Assembly: GCA_964426965.1 (NCBI GenBank)
Contig: CAYRSI010000002.1
Location: forward strand, 1-35,655
Length of the DNA stretch: 35,655 bases
Source of the DNA: an uncultured Candidatus Saccharibacteria bacterium
Lineage (GTDB): Bacteria > Patescibacteriota > Minisyncoccia > RBG-13-40-8-A > JAUWHN01
Direction: 5' to 3'
Under the pieces are notes generated by a model. The model was given only the letters and a program-made list of their open reading frames with translations, was not told the DNA's origin and made no database searches. The position numbers and the translations under genes were made by a program. Position 1 is the stretch's first letter, and every line of letters begins with the position of its first letter. Below, piece by piece: positions 28,742 to 35,655 of the stretch.

Positions 28742-28759
28742 CATAGCAGAAGTAAAAAA

Positions 28760-28969
28760 ATGAAAGATACGACTTTCGTGTTAATGAGGGGCTCGAAACC
28801 CTCTGTTGAACCTGAACTGCAAAAAAGAATTAACGAATCAGTACAAGGACTTGAAAGAAAGATCGCTGTGGGAAAAGCACTGGAAATATTAGCTACCGCG
28901 GGCCAAAAAGCATTATGCGGTATTCCTGTCGCAGAAAATCCAAACGAATGCGTCATTTTCTTAGAGTAA
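28760..28969 (+). CDS. Hypothetical small protein (69 aa); could instead be a non-coding transcript
   Basis: MKDTTFVLMRGSKPSVEPELQKRINESVQGLERKIAVGKALEILATAGQKALCGIPVAENPNECVIFLE. The ATG is 18 nt after the consensus -10. The region is GC-richer than its surroundings. Confidence 0.4.
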   Translation: MKDTTFVLMRGSKPSVEPELQKRINESVQGLERKIAVGKALEILATAGQKALCGIPVAENPNECVIFLE

Positions 28970-29076
28970 AACCTAAATCTAATAGAGTTATAGCAGAGAT
29001 AAAAATATTTCAAGCGTCGACACCAAGTCTGGCGCTTTGTTTTATATAAAAAGTTCTACTTGTGGATAAATAAGAC

Positions 29077-29105
29077 TTGACAACAATTTTCTTTCTTGCT
29101 AATAT
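29077..29105 (+). promoter_or_regulatory. Promoter-like element facing the 3' end of the NYN gene
   Basis: TTGACA, 17 nt, TAATAT, about 17 nt before hairpin 29122-29146. Confidence 0.35.
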
Positions 29106-29121
29106 AAAAGCACTAAACATG

Positions 29122-29146
29122 AAAAGGATCCTACATGGGTCCTTTT
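29122..29146. terminator. Bidirectional terminator hairpin 3 nt beyond the NYN gene stop
   Basis: AAAAGGATCC-tacat-GGGTCCTTTT, then CTTTTATTTT on the plus strand. Confidence 0.65.
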
Positions 29147-29149
29147 CTT

Positions 29150-29821
29150 TTATTTTCGATTAATAGAATTAAATTTAATTAATTCACGTAAATAATGAAA
29201 ATCTCGAAAATTGCCTCCAGCTAATTGTTTAATTTCTATAGCAACCCTTTCAGCTCTAGCTAAAACAGTTACCTTTCTTTTCTTTTTCTTTAGATAATTT
29301 AATACAATTGCAAAATCACCATCGCCCGACAAAATAACCGTTCCTGAATATTGTTCCATTAAACGCATTAAATCAAAGGTCATATCAACATCGCAATTCG
29401 CTTTTTTTGTAGTATTGCCATCTTCATCCGTAAATATCTTTACGGGTTTCAGTCTTAACTCATATCCAAATTGTTTTAATTTCCTATAAAACTTTGCTCG
29501 CTGAGTATGCCTACCTAAAAGCAGTATTTCTGCCTCATTAAGATAATTGCCAACCTTTAATTTGTTTTGCAAGTGCTTGATAAGATTATCTAAATCAATT
29601 GTTTTCTTATCTAAAACAGAATAATTATAATCATAAATCTCTATCCCGCCATAATAGAATATTTTTCTTGCTTTATATTTTTCTTTCAGATATTTAAACA
29701 ACTTCTTATAGTCAATACTCCAGCCTAAACTTTTTTCTCCGCCATAAAAAAGATTAGAGGCATCAATAAATGAATAAACGGGTTTTTCTCTTTTTCTAAT
29801 TACTCTAGCAACTTTAATCAT
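29150..29821 (-). CDS. NYN/LabA-like (PIN-like) domain protein
   Basis: ...SFIDASNLFYGG... and ...VILSGDGDFAIVLNYL..., typical of NYN/DUF88. It lies 1 nt downstream of ligA. Confidence 0.75.
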   Translation of the reverse strand: MIKVARVIRKREKPVYSFIDASNLFYGGEKSLGWSIDYKKLFKYLKEKYKARKIFYYGGIEIYDYNYSVLDKKTIDLDNLIKHLQNKLKVGNYLNEAEILLLGRHTQRAKFYRKLKQFGYELRLKPVKIFTDEDGNTTKKANCDVDMTFDLMRLMEQYSGTVILSGDGDFAIVLNYLKKKKRKVTVLARAERVAIEIKQLAGGNFRDFHYLRELIKFNSINRK

Positions 29822-29822
29822 A

Positions 29823-31868
29823 CTATTTTACCATCTTTAAAAATTGCCTTTCGGATAATATTTTTATTCCTAATTTACGTGCTTTATCAAATTTTGACCC
29901 CGGCTCCTCTCCTACTACAACCCAATCCGTGCTTTTGGAAACCGAACTCGAGATATCTCCGCCAAGCTGGCGGATTTTTTCTTTTGCTTGTTCGCGACTC
30001 AAGCTCTCTAGCTCACCAGTTAGAACAAAAGTCTTGGCTTGTAGCTTTTTCCGCCCAGGGCGGACCAGCCTTGGGCTGGTTATCTTTACTCCCACTCTAC
30101 CTAATTTTTCTAATAATTTCAAATTCTTTTTATCCCTAAACCAATTATAAAGGCTTTTTGCCATTATTTCGCCAATATCCTTAACCTTGGAAAAATCCTC
30201 AATTTCCGCTTTTTTTAAGTTTTCTAAGTTCCCGTAATAATTTGCTAAATTAATCGCGCTTTCCTCGCCAACATGCCTGATGCCTAAAGCAAAAATAAAT
30301 TTATGAAAGGGGATGATTTTACTTTTTTCAATTCCTATTGCTAAATTGGAAGCTGACTTTTCAGCAAATTTCTCCAAGGAAATTAAATCTCCTTGTTTTA
30401 GTTCAAATACATCAGAAAAATTAGAAACCAATCCTTGATCCACTAACTGATTTATTATTTTTGGTCCCAATCCCTCTATATCAAAGGCTTTTTTGCAAAC
30501 AAAATGATAAAGCTTTCGTCTTTGAATTGCTCCGCATTGAGGATTACTGCAGCGATGAGCTGCTTCTCCTTTTGGTCGGACGACTAAGGATCCGCAAACA
30601 GGACATTTTTTGGGCATGTAAAATTTCTTTTCTTTACCAGTTCTTAAACGAGGCAAAACTTGAGTCACGTCAGGAATAACGTCTCCGGCTCGCTGAATAA
30701 TCACCGTATCCCCTATTTTTACACCCAGTCTTTTAATTTCATCTTCATTATGAAGAGTAGCTCGGGTAATGGTCGTTCCTCCAACTTGTACCGGCCTTAA
30801 ATAAGCAACCGGGGTTAATGCACCTGTTCGACCTATCTGAACTTTAATATCTTCAATCACTGTTGCTGCCTGTTCGGCTGGAAATTTAAAAGCAACCATT
30901 CCTCGATGAGCCTTACCAACAGAGCCCAATCTTTCAAAAACTCTATTATTATTAACACCAACAACCACCCCGTCAATCTGGAAGGGCAGTTTCTTCCTTT
31001 CTCTCATTGCTTTTTTCCAGAAAACTACTGCTTGTTCTAAATTTTTACAGTATTTTCCTTCGTCAGTTTTAAATCCTAAATCTTTGGAAATCTGATGTTC
31101 TTCCTGATGAGTCGTTTGCCCTAAATCAGTTACTAAATCATAGGCTAAAAAGTTCAAATCCCTAGAAGCAGCAAGCTCTGGATTCAACTGCCTGATACTG
31201 CCGGCTGCAGTATTGCGGGGATTAGCATATAAGAGTAGTTTTTGTTTTTTTCTTTCTTTGTTAACTTTCTCAAAAGCTTTCTTATCCATATAAACCTCAC
31301 CCCTGATTTCGACCTCTCCATTTTTAATTAATTGGCTTGCCTTCTGCTTAATCTTTCTATTTGGTAATTTGCCATGAATATCAATTCGAAGAGGAATCGA
31401 GGCGACTGTTTTAAGATTCTGAGTAACGCCTTCTCCAATCCTGCCATCGCCTCTAGTTGAACCTTGAACAAAAACTCCATTTTTATAAATTAAAGCAATG
31501 CCAAAACCATCAATTTTCATCTCAATAAAATAGTCTAATTTTTCACGAGGCACCAATTTTTGAATCCTCTCTTGCCAAGCTCTTAATTCTTCTTCAGAAA
31601 AAATATCTTCAATAGAAAGCATGGACACTTTATGATGAACCTTTTCAAATTTCTCCAAAGGCTTGCCCCCGACCCGCTGAGTTGGGGAATCTGACGTAAT
31701 AAACTCTGGATATTCTTGCTCTAATTTATACAGCTCATGTTTTAAAGAGTCAAAAGCTGCGTCTGGAATCTCCGGGCGATCTAAAACATGATAAAGATAA
31801 CGATGATAATTTATCACTTTTTTTAGCTTCTCAATCCGTTGTTTAGCTTGTTTTTTGTCCATCATCAC
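29823..31868 (-). CDS. ligA: NAD-dependent DNA ligase
   Basis: ...EMKIDGFGIALIY... (KxDG), a Zn finger CPVCGS...CSNPQC, HhH repeats and a C-terminal BRCT (FVLTG...GGDISSSVSKSTDWVVVGEEPGSK). Confidence 0.96.
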   Translation of the reverse strand: MMMDKKQAKQRIEKLKKVINYHRYLYHVLDRPEIPDAAFDSLKHELYKLEQEYPEFITSDSPTQRVGGKPLEKFEKVHHKVSMLSIEDIFSEEELRAWQERIQKLVPREKLDYFIEMKIDGFGIALIYKNGVFVQGSTRGDGRIGEGVTQNLKTVASIPLRIDIHGKLPNRKIKQKASQLIKNGEVEIRGEVYMDKKAFEKVNKERKKQKLLLYANPRNTAAGSIRQLNPELAASRDLNFLAYDLVTDLGQTTHQEEHQISKDLGFKTDEGKYCKNLEQAVVFWKKAMRERKKLPFQIDGVVVGVNNNRVFERLGSVGKAHRGMVAFKFPAEQAATVIEDIKVQIGRTGALTPVAYLRPVQVGGTTITRATLHNEDEIKRLGVKIGDTVIIQRAGDVIPDVTQVLPRLRTGKEKKFYMPKKCPVCGSLVVRPKGEAAHRCSNPQCGAIQRRKLYHFVCKKAFDIEGLGPKIINQLVDQGLVSNFSDVFELKQGDLISLEKFAEKSASNLAIGIEKSKIIPFHKFIFALGIRHVGEESAINLANYYGNLENLKKAEIEDFSKVKDIGEIMAKSLYNWFRDKKNLKLLEKLGRVGVKITSPRLVRPGRKKLQAKTFVLTGELESLSREQAKEKIRQLGGDISSSVSKSTDWVVVGEEPGSKFDKARKLGIKILSERQFLKMVK

Positions 31869-31901
31869 TTATTATAACTCTTTTTTTGATTAAAAAAAAC
31901 T

Positions 31902-31934
31902 AAAAATTGACCAAGTTTAACTTGGTCAATTTTT
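31902..31934 (-). terminator. Perfect-stem bidirectional terminator between the thioredoxin-like gene and ligA
   Basis: AAAAATTGACCAAGT-tta-ACTTGGTCAATTTTT. Confidence 0.75.
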
Positions 31935-31954
31935 GCAAACTCTAATAACAAATA

Positions 31955-32926
31955 CTACTCACATCCTCCTGAAACTGAACTGCCTTCGCTGCTCAATGTT
32001 TGAGAACATTCATCCGGCGCAGAAATAAATGCTGAACAAATTCCCTGCTTATAAGCTTCAGAATTTCTTGAACCCTGATACTCTGCCTCGTTTATTATTA
32101 ATTGAGGAGATCCCCTAACTCCATATTTTTCATTCAATTCCACTTCCTGGGCTAAGATATCTAAGGCTTCATCTTTCTGGCAGGTTTTCACTTTTGCAAC
32201 ATCAACTCCGATCTTCTTGGCAATTCCCTCCCAGCAAGAATCAACGTCTTGATAATTACAATTACTATTTATCTCTTTTACAAAATCCCAAAATTTATCT
32301 TTTTGATACTTTTGAACACAGAGCTCTCTCACGCCCTGATTAAGCTCCTGAATCCCATGCATAGAGCAATATTTAGCTTCTTTGTCTAAACAATAATTTG
32401 GGCCGCCATCTCCATAATTACTATAAATCACATAATGAAGTTTGATATCTGCCTTATCTCCTAAAAGTTCTGCCACCGGCATCATAAGTTCTTCGGCTTG
32501 ATCGCCGTAAGGGCAAAAGCTCATAACAAACAGTTCAACCTTAGGAATATCAGTTTTGGAGAATTTTGACTCCTCTGGAGTTCCTGAATCCGAGATTCCT
32601 GGATCGGTAATTTCTTCTGTAATCTCTGCTCCCGGAGGAAGTAAAAGCTTCCCATCTTTGGTTACATAAGAGTCATATTCCTCTCCTTCAATCTCTATAT
32701 GAATTTTATAAAGCCCGCTTTCTTCATTCGCTTCTAACAAAGAGGCTGTAGCCTGCCCATTTAAAGCAACCCGGTTAATAAAATTCATTGCTCTCTCAAC
32801 AGCATCTTCCTGAGACAATGTTCCCGGAATTTTTTCACGATTAATACTGTACAATCCCTGAACAATTATAATAGCTGCTATTACAATAGCTGCGGGAATT
32901 AAAAATTTGATTATGTTTTTTATCAT
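31955..32926 (-). CDS. Membrane-anchored thioredoxin-fold/DsbA-like protein with a CPYG motif
   Basis: TM anchor, then ...VELFVMSFCPYGDQAEE... and many further Cys. Start taken at MIKNIIKF (32926); the track ORF extends to 32998. Confidence 0.6.
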   Translation of the reverse strand: MIKNIIKFLIPAAIVIAAIIIVQGLYSINREKIPGTLSQEDAVERAMNFINRVALNGQATASLLEANEESGLYKIHIEIEGEEYDSYVTKDGKLLLPPGAEITEEITDPGISDSGTPEESKFSKTDIPKVELFVMSFCPYGDQAEELMMPVAELLGDKADIKLHYVIYSNYGDGGPNYCLDKEAKYCSMHGIQELNQGVRELCVQKYQKDKFWDFVKEINSNCNYQDVDSCWEGIAKKIGVDVAKVKTCQKDEALDILAQEVELNEKYGVRGSPQLIINEAEYQGSRNSEAYKQGICSAFISAPDECSQTLSSEGSSVSGGCE

Positions 32927-32998
32927 AAATTTATTTATTTTACTTACTTTTAATAATTTTAGCACACTATCCAAGAAATTGCAACCCCTAGGCGCCAA

Positions 32999-34165
32999 TT
33001 ATATCCCTGAAAATATTTTTAAATAATTATACTCTCCGAAGTCAATGATTTTTGTTTTACCTTGTTCAACATCTAACTCAATTAAATTAAATTTCTCATC
33101 AGTTTCTTTTTCAATAAAATACAGATGCTTGCCAGAACCATCGGGAACTATTTGGCTAATATAATTTCCTGAATAAATTTCTTTATCCTCGTTTGCTTTT
33201 AAATTCACCAGATGAATTTTTTCTCTTAATCCAATTTTGGGATGTTCCACCTGTTCAGTATAAATAACTGACTTTTCATCGGGGAGCCACAAACGGTCAC
33301 TAACATAATTAACCCTTAAAATCTCCCAGGATTTTTTCCCATCAAAACTTTCAACAAATAATTTTATAATCTTTTTACCTTCTTCAACTAAACCAACTTC
33401 ATAAATAAATAACTCTCCTGAATGAGAAAATGTAAAATTTTTGCAATTCTCCAAATTTTCTGTACAATACTTTGGTTTTACATACTCAACTCGTCCATTT
33501 TTAACATTAATTCTTCCCAGGCTGTAATGCCCCATACTCGGAATTCCCCAAAAATAGATATAATTATCATGCCACTTTTGAAGCAAAATAACTTTTTGGT
33601 CTAAGGTTGCTAAATGCTTGGCATTTTTTCCATCAGGATTACTCAACCAAACTTGCCTTTTTTTCCCAGTTGATTCAAGCTGTTCCACGGTTGCTTCTTC
33701 AACTGTTAAAACCCAGGCAATCTTTTTATCATTTGGAGAAAACACCAAACTAACCGAATCTATATCTTGCTCAATATCTTTCATAGAACCGCTCTTTAAA
33801 TCAACGTATTTTGGTTTATACACTATTTTATATGCTACAAAACCCTCAGAAACTTCTCCAATAGGAATTTCTTCAGTTCTTTCAAAATAAACCAATGTCT
33901 TGCCATTATGAGAAAGATAACTGTGCTTAGGAACTTTGTATCTGTTTAAATCTATTTCTTCTGAAGGCAATGTAATTAAATGTTCGGGCTCTTTGCCAAT
34001 GCTCATATAAAAAAGATTGGAATCTTTACCCTCTGTCTTATAATAAAATACTGCTCCTTCCAAAGAAGACTTGTTTGCTCTGCTTATCACTAAAATTGCC
34101 CCAAGGACCACTATCATCAGAACGCAGGAGATAACAAAAATTTTCATGTTTATCTGCTTCATCAT
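32999..34165 (-). CDS. Membrane-anchored beta-propeller-like protein (TolB/PD40-like repeats)
   Basis: N-terminal TM. Recurrent SP(N/D)GK-type blades: FSPNDKKIAW, SNPDGKNAKHL, SHSGELFIY, LPDEKSVIY, VPDGSGKHLYF. Confidence 0.6.
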   Translation of the reverse strand: MMKQINMKIFVISCVLMIVVLGAILVISRANKSSLEGAVFYYKTEGKDSNLFYMSIGKEPEHLITLPSEEIDLNRYKVPKHSYLSHNGKTLVYFERTEEIPIGEVSEGFVAYKIVYKPKYVDLKSGSMKDIEQDIDSVSLVFSPNDKKIAWVLTVEEATVEQLESTGKKRQVWLSNPDGKNAKHLATLDQKVILLQKWHDNYIYFWGIPSMGHYSLGRINVKNGRVEYVKPKYCTENLENCKNFTFSHSGELFIYEVGLVEEGKKIIKLFVESFDGKKSWEILRVNYVSDRLWLPDEKSVIYTEQVEHPKIGLREKIHLVNLKANEDKEIYSGNYISQIVPDGSGKHLYFIEKETDEKFNLIELDVEQGKTKIIDFGEYNYLKIFSGI

Positions 34166-34209
34166 TTTAGTTATATCACGATACTGAAAAAATTACTAAT
34201 TATGATATC

Positions 34210-34923
34210 TTAACGATATCGCAAGCCGTTAAGTTTGGATTTAATCCTCTTCTTATCTTTATCCATTTCCTTTTTTATCCGCTTCCCTAGCGCATCTCTC
34301 TTTTTAACAAAATTTACTTGCTCTTCTAAAACATTACCTTTATAAACAATAAAATAATATAAACTACCAAGAGCTGCATGGGAGGCGCCAAGCAAAATTA
34401 TGTTAGGACTACTTAAAAATAGAATTGCCCAAACCACGCCAGCCAAAAGAGTAAAAAAGCCAAATGTAAAACCTTTAAGCTTCCAGTCCCAATGAAAGGC
34501 AGAATAAAAAACACTGGAAAAAATCACTGCCAAAACAGTATTGTCTAACAATTCCCTTAATGTATGAGTAATAATTGATTGAAAAAATGTCTGCTGTAAA
34601 ATACCGAAAAACAAATACAATGTTAAAAGAGATAAAAACCACTTAATGATTTTAAATTTTTTGGCCTTAAAACGCATGACGCTTAGAATTGCTATGCCCA
34701 ACATAGTAAAAATAATAGTTGGCAATAGGGTATCGTTAATGTTATCGATGCGAAATCCCAATGACTTAAAATCACTAAGCAAAAAAAATTTAATTCCCAA
34801 AAGATATGCTGACAATATAATTAATACCCCTCCCTGCTTAGAAAGCAAGGATTTCATTTTCTTAAAAACAAAAAGTATTAATAAGCTTGCAATTATGAGC
34901 GTTAAATTCAAAAAAATCTCCAT
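34210..34923 (-). CDS. CPBP/Abi-like polytopic membrane protein with degenerate catalytic motifs and a K-rich tail
   Basis: QQTFFQS sits where EExxFR is expected. SAFHW and SHAALG resemble CPBP motifs 2 and 3. Confidence 0.45.
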   Translation of the reverse strand: MEIFLNLTLIIASLLILFVFKKMKSLLSKQGGVLIILSAYLLGIKFFLLSDFKSLGFRIDNINDTLLPTIIFTMLGIAILSVMRFKAKKFKIIKWFLSLLTLYLFFGILQQTFFQSIITHTLRELLDNTVLAVIFSSVFYSAFHWDWKLKGFTFGFFTLLAGVVWAILFLSSPNIILLGASHAALGSLYYFIVYKGNVLEEQVNFVKKRDALGKRIKKEMDKDKKRIKSKLNGLRYR

Positions 34924-35032
34924 AGATTTATTTATTTTTAACTTTTTTCATACTTTTATTATAACAAAAAACCGCCCACTTGTCCCGATTTAATAGAGGG
35001 AAAAGGCGATTTTCTGGCATTTAATCTTTTAG

Positions 35033-35236
35033 TTAACCCATATTTTTTCTTTCTTCCAACGAAAACGATGTAAGCCATAAAATGAATGGCCTTCTAAGCT
35101 TATCAATGGACCACTCATTATCTTTAAACAACGATGCCTTTTCTGTCTTAAAACGAGAAAGCATTTCCATTGTAGTCTGCAAATCTAAAGAAGACAACCT
35201 ATTGTGTTCCAATAAAAATTGTTGTTTTTTGCTCAT
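35033..35236 (-). CDS. Hypothetical protein (67 aa)
   Basis: ORF only. A possible promoter TTGATT, 17 nt, TAAGAT ends 6 nt before the ATG. Confidence 0.35.
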   Translation of the reverse strand: MSKKQQFLLEHNRLSSLDLQTTMEMLSRFKTEKASLFKDNEWSIDKLRRPFILWLTSFSLEERKNMG

Positions 35237-35271
35237 CTTTCCATCTTACCAGTTTAGGAAAATAAAATCAA

Positions 35272-35348
35272 GCCCGGCAGTGAAACTTCGACATAATTTC
35301 ATTTTTCGGTCCCGCGTTGCGGGATCAGTCGAGGTTCTACTGCCGGGC
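35272..35348. other. 77-nt nested hairpin of unknown function
   Basis: GCCCGGCAG/CTGCCGGGC outer stem, CTTCGAC/GTCGAGG middle stem and TCCCGC-gtt-GCGGGA inner hairpin. The minus-strand version is followed by UUGAUUUUAUUUU. Confidence 0.5.
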
Positions 35349-35357
35349 AAGTAAACA

Positions 35358-35380
35358 AATGCCCCATAATATGGGGCATT
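35358..35380 (-). terminator. Terminator-like hairpin
   Basis: AATGCCCCAT-aat-ATGGGGCATT, followed on the minus strand by TTGTTTACTT. Confidence 0.5.
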
Positions 35381-35502
35381 AATGAGGCATTTATTTTTGG
35401 GGAATAGACTTGACACAGTTTTTCTTTTAAGGGTTTTTCCGGGCTCTCTCCGACGCGCCTGCCCGTCCAAAGCTGAAAGCGAAGGAGGGTCTCGGTCGGG
35501 TC

Positions 35503-35530
35503 AAAATGAGACACTCGAGTGTCTCATTTT
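35503..35530. terminator. Perfect 28-bp palindrome; probable bidirectional terminator
   Basis: AAAATGAGACACTC|GAGTGTCTCATTTT. Confidence 0.55.
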
Positions 35531-35655
35531 CCCGATTTTAAAGCTAAATGAGACAAATGAGACAGTGGTTTAAACTAATTTTAGTCTCCTCAACGCCACG
35601 CATAAAGCCTGGGGATCGTTAGTTGTTAAAACATAAGCTCTTTTTTTACCTTCGA

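Noticed and set aside
28741-29013. 90-aa minus-strand ORF in the gatC-NYN spacer
   Set aside because: Junk-like composition and no promoter. It is antisense to the plus-strand ORF, which does have a consensus promoter.
29961-29985. CTCCGCCAAGCTGGCGGATTTTTT in ligA, nearly identical to CTCCGCCAGCTGGCGGATTTTTT in miaA (12095-12118), considered as a dispersed repeat
   Set aside because: In both proteins the patch encodes residues that align without gaps to conserved regions (BRCT ...QLGGDIS...; MiaA ...PPAGGG... with no extra length). Insertion is therefore not supported and the similarity may be coincidental. The palindromes at 30051-30079 in the ligA linker remain ambiguous.
35272-35348. Reading the 77-nt element as a tRNA (perfect 7-bp GCCCGGC/GCCGGGC 'acceptor' plus A) or as the tRNA-like domain of tmRNA
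   Set aside because: No D-arm or T-arm (no GTTCRANYC-like loop) can be drawn on either strand. It is far too short for tmRNA and has no tag ORF.
35328-35365. Local resemblance of GAGGUUCUACUGCCGGGCAAGUAAAC to purine-riboswitch J2-3/P3 and to the preQ1-I loop (AGAGGUUCUAGC...)
   Set aside because: The required partner helices and conserved junctions are absent. GAGG pairs upstream with CUUCGAC instead.
35438-35502. GC-rich hairpin tested by eye against SRP RNA (GGAAGGAAGCAGC), the RNase P CR-I box (GAGGAAAGUCCGGGCUC) and ykkC
   Set aside because: Only trivial matches (CCGGGCUC). The hallmark motifs are missing on both strands.
35570-35655. Calling a partial minus-strand CDS at the right edge as a feature
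   Set aside because: Only 27 codons are visible (EGKKRAYVLTTNDPQALCVALRRLKLV*), and a second frame (SKVKKELMF*) is also open. It is mentioned under the findings but is too short to annotate.

Overview
AT-rich bacterial window that looks like a small, streamlined genome in the Patescibacteria/CPR style. That placement is an inference from gene content, weak or absent Shine-Dalgarno sites and domain-reduced enzymes. Almost everything is housekeeping. On the minus strand: rpoB (runs off the left edge), a SEDS protein, rnc, nusB, rpmF, a miaB-miaA fusion, thrS, dnaE, gyrB, pheT, pheS, three tRNAs (fMet, CAU, Asp), gatA, gatC, ligA and an NYN gene, followed by envelope proteins. On the plus strand: secE, nusG, rplK, tmk, a PaaX/Cas2-fold-like ORF and gatB. 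I found no CRISPR array, transposase, integrase or recognisable defence operon. The unusual signal is in the small repeats. (1) A GC-rich nested-palindrome family sits in frame inside pheT and miaA and at the nusB/rnc junction, reminiscent of Rickettsia palindromic elements. (2) An AT-rich 'attcgtaattcg' module is present both in the pheS-pheT spacer and in frame inside pheT. (3) Two copies of a ~150-bp strand-skewed (CA-rich arm, GT-rich arm) inverted-repeat element share 20- and 25-nt identical blocks. (4) A regulator-like ORF is bracketed by two copies of a 32-bp palindrome next to a 5 x 13-bp tandem repeat. (5) The right edge holds a ~330-bp ORF-poor, hairpin-dense region with four copies of AAATGAGACA. 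Other points of note are a TRAM-less MiaB fused to MiaA, a bacterial Kazal-like domain, and rplK not followed by rplA. All homology calls come from reading motifs by eye. No searches were run.
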